A stretch of DNA of 64,000 nt from Eledone cirrhosa (GCA_964016885.1 OZ024742.1:138074001-138138000), one strand, 5' to 3'. Positions 39,471-53,465 are shown, counted from the first letter of the stretch. The notes: generated by a model from the letters alone, not told the origin. Program-made: numbers and translations.

Positions 39471-40772
39471 CAGGGTGGGGCATAATTCCTGTTACAAAGT
39501 TTTAAATCAATTTAAAAATACATTATGTTGCTAATATAACTAATATATTTGTATCAAATCCATGCACTATAACTATATTAACTATTTTTCAGAACATTAC
39601 ACCATTAACAATTTGCAATGTCCATAGAATTGAAAAGAAAGTTTATAATAGCGAAGCATGAACAAGGCCTGACTCCACCCGACATGTTTAAACTGGGGAA
39701 AATTCTTAAGATCAATAGAATGTTGATCAAAAGGACAATCGATCGATTTAAGGAAACTTCCTCGACCAAAGACAGACCTGAATTCGGAAGCCCTCGCACC
39801 TCAAGAAAATCAAAGCTCATTAAAAGTGTGAGGGAAAAAATAAGGCATAATCCAAAAAGGTCCATGAGAAAAATGGCAGAAGAAGCAGAAACATCGCCGA
39901 GAACTATGCGGAGGATATGTCGAGTTGATCTTGGGGTGTCACCCTATAAGTTACAAAAGAAGCAGCTTCTTTCTGCAGCCTCAATTGAAAAGAGGCTCTC
40001 CAGAAGTAAACTATTATTGAACCGTATCAAGGATGGCACGCTGCAAAACATCATCTTTACAGATGAGAAGTTATTCACTGTGCAGCAGTCTCACAATCAT
40101 CAAAATGATGGAGTACTTGCACAAAGTCTCAAATCAGTTCCTTCAAGTGTAGGAAAAGTGTTTAGAACACAGAAACCAGCATCAGTGATGCTTTGGGCAG
40201 CCATTTCTGAAAGAGGGAAGTCTCCTCTGATTGTTGTGCCTCAATGAGTTAAAATTAACAAATAACTTTACATGAAGGATATTTTGGAGGGAGCACTGAT
40301 GCCATGGTGCATATCTGTTTATGGAGATGACATTTGGACTCTCCAACAAGATGGAGCGACGAGCCACACTTCTCGCGTAACAACAGTGGTGTAGAGACCA
40401 TTGTCCTGCATGGATCAGTAAGGAAGAGTGGCCTCCCACATCACCAGATCTCAACCCTCTCAATTTTTCTTTATGGTCAATTCTTGAGAGTGAAGCCTGC
40501 TCTACTCCTAGCCAAAATATTGAAACTCTAAAATCAAAACTGAATAAAGTATGTGAAAAAATACCCATGGAAACTGTTCGTGCAGCTATCGAAGACTTTC
40601 CTAGAAGTCTTCGAGCATTAGTGAGAGCTATAGGAAAGCATTTCGAATAAATTTTTGTGCAGTTATTTAATAGTATATTACTTACTATTTGTTGAAGTCA
40701 GATCTTGAAATAGATGTTTTTTTCAAGAACTATTTGCATTTTATTTTGTAACAGTTTTTATGCCCCACCCTG
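39471..40772 (+). mobile_element. Full-length maT (DD37D-type) Tc1/mariner transposon
   Basis: TIRs CAGGGTGGGGCATAA..TGTTACAAA / TTTGTAACA..TTATGCCCCACCCTG with TA on both sides; transposase inside. Confidence 0.92.
39618..40650 (+). pseudogene. DD37D transposase with stops and a frameshift
   Basis: FTDEKLF, QQDGATSH, WPPTSPDLNPL(N); 37 residues between the second and third catalytic positions after repairing a 1-bp frameshift. Confidence 0.88.
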
Positions 40773-41394
40773 TATAGATATATATATATATAGAGAGAGA
40801 GAGAGGAGGGGGGGGGGGAGAAAGAGAGAGAGGGGGAGAGAAAGAAAGTTGTAGGTAAAATCCTGACTGTGGTGTCAAGAGGTCGAGATTCTACCTATCT
40901 TTATGCCTCCTTTGCATCTCCCCTACATTGAGTACTCAATGCTCTCCTCGTCTTAGCAACGCAGATGTCAATTAATCTGGTCTAAACCATTTCTCAGAAT
41001 GGAATTCGCTTCGTTATGGCAGCGACTAAAGCAGTCAATGCAAAGATTAACTGATATTAATTTCAAGAAAATTAATTTTTTTTAATTACTAACTTTGCAA
41101 AATTACCCACACCCCGTTTGTATTTTTTAATAGTTACGTCCCTTTACATTATCTGAAAGATTTCTTTATTTATGGCTAATTTCGACATTACCTTCCCTTA
41201 AAGAACTCTCTTGTATTTTCTAAAACCACAAAAGTAGCCATGTTTATTGTATATAAGAGGCTGAACGAGTTGGGGTGTATAACCAAACAAAACCTAAGTA
41301 CTGTTATATGCCACTGTTGTAAATAATTATACTCAACTCGGCCCATGGACTGAGTGCGCTTACCCTTGAATATATCTAACAAACTTATACTAGA

Positions 41395-41429
<35 letters not shown>

Positions 41430-41434
<5 letters not shown>

Positions 41435-44263
41435 AAGTTTCCGTTGAAAATTGAAAAAGTCAAAGGAGTGAAGAGTGCTCTATGTAAATACCAGAGCAAA
41501 ATTTAATGTATAATAAACAATACAATATATCTAGCTCATTACCAGAGGTTTCCCGAATAAGACGAATACGAAAAACGTCCTCATTCGTTCGTCGGACAAG
41601 GCAATTTAAAACATAGTGAAATATTTGGAAAGTCTCCTCAAGAAATGCAAAAAATATATAAATAAAAATATATAAATAAATAAAAATATATAAATAAATA
41701 AAAGTAATGCAAGAGATATATAAAAAACTCTTGCATGCTAGAAACACTCTACTCTTTACTGATAATGACACTTGGGTAAAAATATCTAACCCAGAAAACC
41801 CATTCGATGTCGCAATGGGCTCTTTTGACAGTGCTGATGTTTGTGATTTAGTCGGCCTATTCCTCCTACACACACTTAAAGAAAAATTCCCTAACCATAT
41901 ATATATGGGCTTTATCACGACGATGGTCTAATACTTTCCCATACCACCATAGGCCATAACTTAGATAGATTAAGGAAAGCTTTAATAAAAACCTTCGCTA
42001 GTTTTAATCTTAAAATTACTATTGATACTAACCTTTCCAATGTTAATTTTCTAGATTATAAACCTAGATTTGCCTACTGCTTCTTATAAACCATACCATA
42101 AACCTAATGAAAATTTAAAATATATAAATAAAGGCTCTTGCCATCCTCCTATAGTTTTTAAAAACCTTATCCCTAATATTAGCCATAGGATCTTCACCCT
42201 CTCTTCCTCAGAACCTATTTTCAATAAGGCATCCCCCTACTATAATAAAGCCCTTCAAAATAGCGGATTTAGCGAACCGATTAAGTACATACCCAACAAT
42301 ACTAACTCTTTTAAACATAATAATAGGAAAAGAAAAATAATTTGGTTCACCCGCCATTGTATATGCGGCTAAAGTGACAACCATCAGCAACAACCAACCA
42401 GCCACCAGCGAACGATATGTGGGTATGACACAAGACAAATTCAAAACGCGTTATTACTCACATGTCGCATCTTTCCGACATCCAGAAAAAAGATTTACAA
42501 CAGCTCTGGCTAGCAGAATATGGGATTTGAAAGACCAAGGTGTCCAATATAAATTGGATTGGTCAATTTTGAACCAATCTAAAGAATATGCAAGAGGAAC
42601 AAGAAGATGCACGGTCTGCATAAGTGAAAAATATTGGAATTTACAGAACCTTAAATCACCAAAAACCTGCCTAAATACAAAAACAGAAATTTTCACCAGT
42701 TGCCCACACATGAAATCACACTTGCTTTCCAGCTCATATAAACTTAACTCACTTTCAGATACTTATCCTCCATAAGCTCTTATTCTTCACTTTCCTTAAA
42801 TGATCCTCTTTACAGACTTCTCTTTCTGATTTACTTTCATTTTTAACTTTATTTTTTATTTTATTTTTATTTTTACTTCACATCCACCAGTAACCCCCCC
42901 CCTACTTTTCGATTCACTTACCTAATATCTTCACATTCCACATTTTACTTCCCCATTTTCTTTCACTACTGATACCTCGTGTCACTTGCGTTTTCCACTC
43001 CAAATATATTCTGTTGTTTCGCAGACGATTTTATATTTGTACTCATTTATTCATATGGCTGATTTATAATCTGTAACTATGTGTGTGAGTGTGCTTATGT
43101 GTGTATATGTTCTGTATATGTATACGAACGCCTCCGTATGTGTGCGTGCGTACGTATATATATGTGTGTGTATGTGTGTTTTTATATCTATGTTTTATTA
43201 TATCTATGTTTTTTACATTCTTATTTTTACGTATGTGTGTATGCGGGTGAATGTATGTGTATGTGTATGTATATGTATATATATGTATATGTATGTACGG
43301 GTGTGTATGTATATGTGTATATATATATATAGTCGCGTACGTACGTGTGATTAGATATACATGGGGCGATATATATATATATATATATACGTGCCTCGTG
43401 TGTGTGTATGTACGCATGCATGCGCTTTTGTCTGTACGTATTTGTGTGTATAAATGTATATATATATGTGTTTGTACGTGCGTACCTATGTTTGTTTTCT
43501 TTTCTCTAGTGTTAATTGATTACTTTCTCTTTGATTTAAAAATGTTTTCATTCTCATATATTGTTTCATTTTTATACATATATCGAGAATGACACTTCTT
43601 TTTACTATTACACTCCCTTCTATCTTTATCTTCCGCATATAAGTGACCGCGCGTGTGTGTGTGTTTATACGCGTGCTTTCATACTCGTATGTGTATTTAA
43701 TACCTCTATCTGGATGCGTGTCAACTATATTATCATACAATTTCATTTTCAACTCATATTATATACGTATTTGTGGTCACATATACACAAATATACTTGC
43801 CCTCACATATGTACTTACGCACACATTTTCACCATACACATGCATTTGTACATACACACATATGTACATTTGTGAGTGTATATACATACATATACACATA
43901 CCCTAACTATATTTCCTTATATTTTTTTATATATTTTTTTATATATTTTTTTATATATTTTTTATATATCTCTTGCATTATTTTATTTATTTATTTATAT
44001 ATTTTTATTTATTTATATATTTTTATTTTTATTTATATATTTTTGCATTTCTTGAGGAGACTATCAAAATATTTCACTATGTTTTAAATTGCCTTGTCCG
44101 ACGAACGAATGAGGACGTTTTTCGTATTCGTCTTATTCGGGAAACCTCTGGTAATGAGGTATTTATATTGTATTGTTTATTATACATTAAATTTTGCTCT
44201 GGTACTTACATAGAGCACTCTTCACTCCTTTGACTTTTTCAATTTTCAACGGAAACTTCAATA
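41430..44263 (+). mobile_element. Penelope-like element, 5'-truncated, ~300-bp inverted arm
   Basis: Coding remnants 41728-42775; 41430-41727 is inverted at 43958-44263; TA flanks. Confidence 0.9.
41728..42775 (+). pseudogene. PLE RT/GIY-YIG fragment with frameshifts and an internal deletion
   Basis: FDVAMGSFDSADVCDLVG, KPYHKPN, IIWF, IVY..ERYVG, FKTRYYSH, CTVC. Confidence 0.88.
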
Positions 44264-44269
44264 CATATA

Positions 44270-44665
44270 TAATAAATTAATAAAAACAAACCTTTATTGG
44301 CAATAGCCGTATAAGTATTTTGAAGTGAAACTTACCAATTCCTGGATACCTGCAGAAGAGCACAGGAATAGGAAATTTCACTTAATTGTTGCGAAACAAA
44401 TTTAAAATTTAAATTTGTCCAGGTATCACGGCTATTGCCAATATAGGTTTGTTTTTATTAATTTATTATTTTAAATCGAGACAGGCCAACCGTATTATTT
44501 TAATTAGTATTTTTCAATCCAGCTAACTTGGTCATTTGCAATGGAAACACATGTATACTTGTATCAGTGTTTATCCCTATCATATATTCATTTGTATTAC
44601 ACGGCTCAGAAATATCCCTTTCTTTGAGCTATTTAATTGTAAAAGACTATTTGAGTTTATAACGC

Positions 44666-44670
<5 letters not shown>
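44270..44670. mobile_element. Fold-back insert abutting the PLE end
   Basis: 44270-44310 pairs with 44428-44468; complete HHR fold between the arms; tail runs to (TA)n. Confidence 0.75.
44345..44427 (+). ncRNA. Type I hammerhead fold, CAGAAGA core, long palindromic stem III
   Basis: GATACCTG-CAGAAGA-GCA..TGC-GAAA-CAAATTTAAA-A-TTTAAATTTG-TC-CAGGTATC; GUC triplet. Confidence 0.8.
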
Positions 44671-44717
<47 letters not shown>

Positions 44718-44949
44718 TCTTCTTTTCTCTCAATATTGTTTTATATATAACGTACCTGTAAAACATATGGACTGAGGGTGAGGAGTCAAACGTCCCTCAA
44801 AATGTCGTGACGGTGTTATTGTATTAATAGTCATTCATAAAGTCAAGTCGTTGGTTGAAGATTAATGAAAGTGACAGACAAAAATTCTGAAAAAGTCTCG
44901 AACTCCGTTGTTTATCCCAGTTTCCAAGACTCCCCTTTGGACATAACGC

Positions 44950-45075
44950 CATTTATTGCTGGTACTCGTTTTCAGCTGAGTGTTTTGCTGAGGAACACAG
45001 CACACAACCCGTCCAGGAATCGAACCCACGATATTATGGTCGTATGGCTAACACCTTTACCACTAAGGCACGTTC
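44950..45075 (-). mobile_element. Second tRNA-like SINE family, partial
   Basis: Minus strand reads CTTAGTGGTAAAG...GGTTCGATTCC (A/B boxes); related to 55596 and 59780. Confidence 0.6.
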
Positions 45076-46027
45076 CTCCAATACAGACACAAAGAAATTA
45101 GTGGGTGTTTATCTAGAAATCCATATTTTTGTAGTTCAATTCTTAACAATGAATCTAATGACTTCTTCCGATGTTGATAAACTTTTCCCAATCACCAGTC
45201 AGAACTTTCATCCTGTCAATTTTTTCCTGTAAACTTAAAATTTTGTTAAGAATGTCTTTTAATGACTTCGTCAATTTTTCTAACAGATCTCATCATCCAA
45301 GAGGGGCTTCTACGTGACAATTGCATTTTTATTGTTGCGCTACAGTTGGCGTTACCTTGCTAACAATTAAGGGAGAACGAATTTGGTTTCAGCAACTGTA
45401 ATCGATAATATGTTGTATGGTGTGTAACATATTAGATGAATTCTCCATCTGTGTGGATTATGGGCACTCTGTTTTTCAATCAACTAAATGTCAGAAGCAT
45501 TACATTAGTTTTAAAGTAACCATGTATTCCAAAATGATATTACACTTACTCTAATCCTCACAAACCGTATGCTATAACGTAACAAGACTGGACATTTGAT
45601 CGCAAATACAATCCACCCTGTGGGATTTCATACAGTGTCGGTCAATGCAATTTCATTTTCTAGATTTTGTCTATCCGATGGCTATGGTATCGAATCGCGA
45701 ACGCCTAACCTCTTAACGTCTCAGCTACTACTGCGTCCATACTATACGTTCTGTTCTGAATAGAAAACAAACAATTATATAATGTCCCATGTTCACAACA
45801 TTTTTCTGTCGTGCTGTTGTTCCGAAAATATATCATCGAGGTAAATGCACTCTATAGAATGTGATGTAAAACGACTGCCTCATTTCTAAATACTGATGAT
45901 TTTACTGTATACATTTTATTTTGAATCTAGTGCCACTTCCTTGTTTCTTTGCATTTGATTTATTACATTCCAACGTACACAGTACCAATTCTACTCAAGC
46001 TAGTTTACTACTATCATTACCTGTGAC

Positions 46028-46122
46028 AAGGGTGGTGGGTCAGAAGTATGTGTAAATCGTCGGATAGCATGGTTTGTGACATAGAATTACGGCTCTTACG
46101 TTCTTAGTTCAAATCCCTCCGA
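46028..46122 (+). mobile_element. SINE 5' half ending at a TA tract
   Basis: Ends at GTTCAAATCCCTCCGA, then (TA)n. Confidence 0.6.
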
Positions 46123-46227
46123 TATATATATAAACAAATAGTAGAAAGGAAACAGATTTTTCAGTAGAAAACAGCTGAAGAGAATATTTCAGTGTAATAT
46201 CAAAATATGAATTTATTTACAAAGTGG

Positions 46228-46287
46228 GCATTTCCGCATTTAATATACCGGTTTCAGCATTATATGCATTGTCAATTGCGGATATGC
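46228..46287 (-). ncRNA. Minimal hammerhead motif, U3-A8 core; same family as 9789
   Basis: GCATATCCGCA-A-TTGACAA-T-GCAT-ATA-ATGC-T-GAAA-CCGG-TA-TATTAAA-TGCGGAAATGC. Confidence 0.6.
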
Positions 46288-46427
46288 ATAATATTGTTAA
46301 GTTGCATATTTATACAAATAATAGTAATAATAACAAATAAAAAAGGATAAAAAAATTAATTTTCACATACATATTCAGAGAGGAGAATTCATTTCTCTAT
46401 CGTGTCTGTCCTTCTTTCTCTGTTAAG

Positions 46428-46464
<37 letters not shown>

Positions 46465-46466
46465 AG

Positions 46467-46533
<67 letters not shown>

Positions 46534-46567
46534 TGTGTGTGTGTGTGTGTGTGTTTGTTTGTGTGTG

Positions 46568-46617
<50 letters not shown>

Positions 46618-47956
46618 AATTGGTGCACAGGAAACTAAGGAGTATATTTCTAGATCAGCTAGGTGATATATTTTTATGAATTTCTGAGATTGCTCAAGGC
46701 CGGAAATTCTCTTGGGTTACGAAACCACGAGAGTGTCTTTCGATTTCGTCTTTAAATTTGGAATACTCGGATTTATATCCTACTGATTCGTAATACATTT
46801 CCATTTTTTTTTCAAGCTTCGTATGTTTTACGTCATTACATGAAGTTGCATTAGAAATGTTGCTCTAGGTTCCTGGCTGATTCTTTGCTGAAGGGATTAT
46901 AACGTTCGACATTTTGCTCCTTCATTACGGAGAAAAATTAGAATTCCAGGTGACGATTGCTTGTGCTGTAACTATAACAGAGAATGCTTAGCCTTGTTAC
47001 TAATAGAGTTTGCTGATATTATTCTTTTTTTCTTTTTTCTCTCTTTCTGGACACAAAATGAATTTATTTTCGTTCTGAAGCCAGAACTGGGTTTTATGCT
47101 TTGAATAACCTAATTTCGTAAGCATGAATATATTGACCCACTCTCCCTTCTTGCCAATGTGTACACATACAGCCTAGCTGTATAGACATTAGTGGTAACG
47201 AACATAGACACAAGTCCGCTGATTTAGTGGAAAGGCTGAAGCCACACAATTGAATCCAGAACTTGACTGGTATGTGTTTTATAGAAGAATTTAAATTAAA
47301 AGCGACCCATCATTATATGTATTCAGAAAATAACAGAAGGTAATTTAAAACGCAACTGTCTTTTTATTACGCGTTTAACACCGAGCATTCTTTCTTTTAT
47401 CATATAACTAACAATTTATACGACCGAACAAGAATAAAAGACAGTAAACGATGATGATGATGATGATTATTATGCCGTAGTTGCTGCTGATGATACGAGT
47501 GAGGAGAACATCGAGGACGATGGGGAAGAAGATAAACAACTACAAAATAACCTTTACAATAACACGCAGAGGAAGGGGAGAAAGATGAGGCAGAAGTGGA
47601 TGAGGGGGATGAGGAGGAAATAGCGTTTTGTTTCTATTGATAGAAATCTTTCATTCTTCACAGTATTTGATAGTTTGTCCAACAATGATGAATGAGAAAT
47701 TAAAGTGATATTTTGTACCCCGGAGAGTTATACTACTTCCGCATTTTAAGAGGCATTACTGCATAATTTGTATAAGACTACTTCATTTAATAACCCGTTG
47801 TTTTCCGCAGCTTTAACGCAAGCATCTTGTAGATTTTAAAGAACATATGTGCCGATTCATTCCTCTTTCCGTTTTATAGTTTCTTGCTTCTGGCCTAATT
47901 TCTTTGTTGCTTATATTATTGTCAATCTTTCACCAAACATGTATGTTTGTATAATT

Positions 47957-48101
<145 letters not shown>

Positions 48102-48155
48102 ATCTATCTATCTATCTCTTTTACACACATACAAACATCCTCACATACACACAGA

Positions 48156-48225
<70 letters not shown>

Positions 48226-48837
48226 AGTGTGTGTGTGTATACGTGTGTGTATACGTGTGTCTGTATGTGTCTCTGCGGATAATTGGTCTATTTAATATTG
48301 TTAGCTCTGTCAATAATTAAAAGATCAATAAAATAAAAAATAAAAACAACATAAAACCATATTTCTAACAGCATAATCAGATTCCACACCCTTACCAACA
48401 TCATCATTATGATTAGCAGCAGAAGCTTCATTATCACCATCATCCGCAGCAACAGTAATATCAACGATAGTAAAACTAAAAGAAAAACATAAGAAATATT
48501 GACAATTGCCAACACCCATATGAACACCATCATCATTAATAGTTTTGATAATAACAGTCCTACATACGAAGCAATGCAATCATGCGACCTAATAGATAGA
48601 CCGGCAACATTTCTAAGAAATCACAATGTATCATTTAAGAAAAAGGTGTTACATTAAATAACATACGACATTGTGTGACTTAATAAAAGAGTGTGTAGGA
48701 TAAAGGATAAATATCCCATATCTCCTTGTGGTGTCTTAGAGGCACCATGAAATGACGTGTCTAGGGCACTTTTAAACCTGGTGGAGCCCAACCCTCTCCA
48801 GATCTAAACATAGCCGATCTTTTCTATAGAGAAAGAA

Positions 48838-48992
48838 TCAACACCAGTATTGCTCTGGTACTTTTTTATCCACCTCGAAAAGATGAAAGAGAAAGTAGAC
48901 CCCAGCGGGGTTTGAACTCAGAGCACGCAATGAAGTCGGTCGAATACCGTAAAGTATTCTATTCGACTTCTTAACGACTCTGCTAATTTGCG
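48838..48992 (-). mobile_element. SINE, diverged
   Basis: CTGGTACTTTTT..GATGAAAG..TTTGAACTCAGA. Confidence 0.7.
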
Positions 48993-49819
48993 CCTATAAA
49001 AAAGTGTGTAATAGTTGCTAAAACATTTTTCATCGTGGGTCTGCTCAATGGAGTTGAAGCAGAGTTTACTAGAGAAAAGCAACAGCTACAAAATCAATAC
49101 CACGAAAACCCCTACTTAATCACTAAATCTGATCCACGACTAGATCAACACAGGCTGAATTGTAAAAGAGATCTAGGTGTAATATGTGATAAGTCTGCGT
49201 CAATGCTTTATTTGATTTGCAAGGAGGACTGAAGGAAAACTAGACAAAAACAACTAAACATAAGTATTCAATGTAATTAACATTGTAAAGGTAAGTTGAC
49301 ATTTCAAACAATGATGCCCCAAGAATATAACAATAAAGAAATTACAATAAAATAAAGACTGAAACGAACAAAATTCAATGTTTTGTTAGAAACATTTGCT
49401 TCTAAGAACCACATTTTTTCATGCCATTGTCTCTTTTCCTTTCTCTTTATCGTAGAAATTCTGTTCGAAATGTCTACTTATCTTCCTTTTCTTTAATTCA
49501 AATCTTTAGTTATATTGACATTGCATTGTTTGCATGATTTATGTTGTTCGTTTTGTATTATTTTCCTCGTGTCTTACTTGGATATTAATAAAATATTTGT
49601 ATATTAGAGAAACCTCCATTCACAGTCACCACCCTGAAATAAATATTAACAAAACCAGCACGGTTCTAGAAGTGAGACAATTATTTAATCAATTCTAGAG
49701 ACCTACGTGTTTTTGGTGAGGACACAGTTATTTCTCATCAAAATACAGAAAAACAGCAAATTAAATGCTGGTGGTATTTTAATTCAAAGTAGATGTGTTT
49801 ATGAATTTGTATTACCGGC

Positions 49820-50340
49820 AAAAATTGTAGTAGCTGGTGCAGTGTTGATTCGACTTCAGAATTCGGTCATCAGACGAGGGGATGTAAGTGTAAAAGCCAA
49901 ACTCGCTATCTTCAATTCAGTATTCGTTGCAATCATTAACTATGTTCATGAATCTTGGGTAATGACCGAAAGAATACAATCATAAGTACAAGCGGCCGAA
50001 ATGAGGTTCGGAACGGCTTCTGGAGTAACAATCAATAGAGGGCGTATCTCGGCGATCGGATAGTGGCTCCAAGTAGAGCCGCTACAGCTAGGATATTACG
50101 GACTTGTGGTTAGAATGTCTAAGGAAAGAATCGCCTGACAGATTTTACGGGAAAAGCTAACCAGCAGGAAACCCAGGTGTAGACCCCGAGAAAATGGTTA
50201 AACAACATCCGCGAGCTCGGCTGGTCTCGCTTGGGGATCCAATCGCTTCAATTGGAAACAGTTGATCGTAACAGGACCTCCTGGAAGGCGTGCTTGAGGA
50301 CGCTACTCCTACAACTCACTCTGGAATAAGTGAGCAAAGA
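49820..50340 (+). mobile_element. RTE LINE 3' fragment
   Basis: KAKLAIFNSVF..YVHESWVMT..QAAEMRF. Confidence 0.75.
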
Positions 50341-50789
50341 AAAATAAGAAGCAAAAGAAGAAATGCAACACACTGTACTAAGCATCCACTCAAACCGTAC
50401 TTACATTGGGGGTAATAAAATGATATTTAACTGCCGCAACCTAGACATATTTTTATCATTTAGAAATGAGAAACACAGGAAACGAAAAAGGTAATTCTTT
50501 AGATTAAATATCAGCCACCAACATTAAATTAGAATTTGACATATTTACTCGAGTAACAATTGTCTTAGGCACTGTTGATTCAATATACGTACATTACGTT
50601 GGCCACAGCCAGCTGTCGACTTTACGGGGCTATAACTTTAAATGCTATTCATGTCAAAGTTAATTTTCAGACAGATCTTTGCTGAGAAACTTTGATTGAA
50701 ATTCAGAAAGCTTCATCTGTATCGCCAAAGAAGACTCATATGATCAAATGAGAGCCTAAGTAGCTCCGCTACCAACAATAAGAAGGATG

Positions 50790-51010
50790 GGAAGATAGTT
50801 AAATACCGGGGCCTAACCGACCATTTCCTCTATGTACCGGTCTCTGGCGAGACATCTGAAGTCCTTTGCCCCAGCTCTGCTGATTTCCTCCGTAAAGTTG
50901 AAAATACGGTGGCCAGTTTAAGACGGGAGCCCCTTGATGTGCGGTGGCTCTTACAGTGAGTGTCTCTGGCCGTCCTGAAGCACCGCTCAGACTGGGGTGT
51001 AGTGTCTGTC
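50790..51010 (+). mobile_element. CRE-like RLE 3' fragment
   Basis: KYRGL..YVPVSGETS..REP..WLLQ*VSLAV. Confidence 0.5.
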
Positions 51011-51737
51011 CATCCCCCCTCTCTCTTTAGTTGCTTGATCCTCTTTTTCTTTTACTTCTCATTTCCTCTTTTGTTCTCTTTGGTTCCGTTTAATATTTTG
51101 CTTTGTTTGCATTATATACTGCTGAATAGTGTTTATGTAATGCCAATGGTCTTTCATGACATTGTGAGATTTTGTATTTGGAATATGTTTGCTTTTCATA
51201 TCAATTATTTTATACTGTTCTATTTTAAAGTTATAGAGTAGTTCGGTAATTCACAGGCATATACACCTGTATTTAAAGAAAATATCAAAGAATTTCAATA
51301 TGATACTGAATATGGGAGAGTGATGTTTTGAATTACTGTTATTATCTCACAATTATCAAAGAGAATATGTCAGTTACCCCGAGACAATAGTAAATTACAT
51401 TTGCACACATGCTATGTAGCGGAAACGAACTCAGCAAAACATATTTAGGATGATTTCTTCGCAAAATATGATTTCCTCAGATGAATACATAGGTTATCAG
51501 TCTTTTCTTGTTTAACTGACAAGCGTAGAATGTATCATAGTGTTTTAAGTTTAGTTTTCCTCGCTGGTGAGAGATGACTATTTCGTGTGATCTAGAAAGG
51601 CCTGAAGCATGTATCATACGATGTTATATAGCTCACGATACAATTCGTAGCAGGTTCTATCCTAAGGGTTGATTTTATTACATAAGTAAATTCCAACAAA
51701 CCGGGTTCTTGTATTCATTGTACTTATCTGTATTAAA

Positions 51738-52636
51738 CGAGGTGGGTCAGAAAAGTTCCAGGACTGATGTCACAAAAGATTTATTTCAAACCCAAACTTC
51801 AAACTAAGAGTTTTCTCCTTCAAAGTAATCCCCCTGGAGTCTAATGCACTTAGCCATCCTTTTCTGCCACGCTTGCATGAACTCCAGGAAGGATTCTTCC
51901 GGGATCCTCCGCAGTTCCGTCGTCACGGCCTTTTTGATGTCATCCACGTCTTCAAAATGGGTCCCCTCCGGGTCGTACTCGAAGATCCATGACTCATCAT
52001 CCGGTGATGACTGTCCCTAGCACTTCTGGTGCGGTTTCAAGACACACTCGAGGATGTCTTGGCACACTTGCATGCGTCGTGCCCTCTAGTCATCGTTCAG
52101 CAGTTTTGGTACCATCTTCGCGCAGACTTTCCGCATGTCCAAATCTTCAGTGAGAATCTTCCAGACGCTGTCCCTATTCATGCCCAGCTCATTTGCCATC
52201 AGTCGAACAGTCAGCCGACGATCGCTACGCACCATCTGCCTGATGCGCTCAGAGTTGACCTCAGTCCTGGTTGTTGAGGGCCTTCCGCTCCTGGGGTCAT
52301 CTTCCACGTCCTCGCGTCCTTTTTTAAACCTCTTGCACCACTCAAAAACACGTGAGCGTGATATCGTCTCATCTCCATACACTTGCTGCAGCAATGCCAG
52401 TGCTTCTGACGGAGTTTTCAAGTATGTTCTTTGCTCTGTGCTCATTGCTTGACGACCTGAAACAGAGGACATGCATATAAAATTATGAAGAAAAAAGTTT
52501 GATCGCTGCAGAGAGCTAAGATTGCAGTTACATACTCCATGGGGATTACTTTGAAGGAGAAAACTGTAAGTGTGAAGTTTGGGTTTGAAATAAATCTTTT
52601 GTGACATCAGTCCTTGAACGTTTCTGACACACCTCG
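51738..52636 (-). mobile_element. Internally deleted mariner with ~115-bp inverted ends
   Basis: HTH region ORF 52086-52607 (DDPRSGRPST); ITGDESWIFEYDP is fused to the C-terminal GTHFEDV..GDYFEG; long terminal complementarity. Confidence 0.88.
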
Positions 52637-53384
52637 TACACAGAGGATGTTGTGTCCTTATGCAAATCCAATATTTTTTTTTTACTGCAGATGTTATTCG
52701 TCTATGTCACTGATATGTGCACTATCATATTTTAGAAAATCTAGTTGTTTATAATTCTGAAGAGAAAAACAAACCGTGTCAAATGACGTAAAGAGTAACT
52801 AACATAAGAGATATGGAGGGAAGGGAAGTAATGACATTTCTTATTATTCCTTGTATAAATACAAACAAATCATTTTACTGAATATTAGCGTTACTCTTCA
52901 AACAACTGCTGGCACTAATTGTTCTTCATACAACTACTGGCACTAGATTCTCTTAGATATCAAGGTGTTTTCTCATAAATATAGTATATGAAATACTAAA
53001 ACTGAATATCGATCATGCGATACTAATTTGGAATATATATCTTCGTGATATTTTAATGTAAATATTTTCTTTTGAAATGAATGTAGAAAGAAATATATTT
53101 TGACTAAAACTAATATATTTTTTTTGTGTCATATTTTTACCACAGTACCGCATTTATATTCCCATCCACATTTTTCTGGCTGCCAGAAAACTTTATCATT
53201 TATGAAAAAAAGTTAAATTTAAGCAACGTGGTATTCGGATATATACAACAGAGACGAAGTGAAATTACTCTCAATGACGGCATCCTGTTCATATGGTAAG
53301 TTACAGGGAAACGTTTACGGAAAAGTATGATTTTAGCTGCACCAAATTTGTGCATAGTTAATATAAACTCACATTAATTATAAT

Positions 53385-53465
53385 AATTTCTTATATAGGC
53401 ACAAAGCCAGCAATTTGGGGGGAGGGGACAGACGATTAAATCAACCCCAGTGTGTGACTGGTACT
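53385..53465 (-). mobile_element. SINE 3' fragment
   Basis: AGGCACAAAGCCAGCAATTTGGGGG..ACTGGTACT. Confidence 0.7.

Noticed and set aside
44097-44161. CCGACGA..GAAACCTC..GAGGTA hammerhead-like motif in the PLE arm (mirror at about 41530-41597)
   Set aside because: Stems II and III are plausible but no stem I is found, and the mirror copy differs at the site; not listed as a feature.
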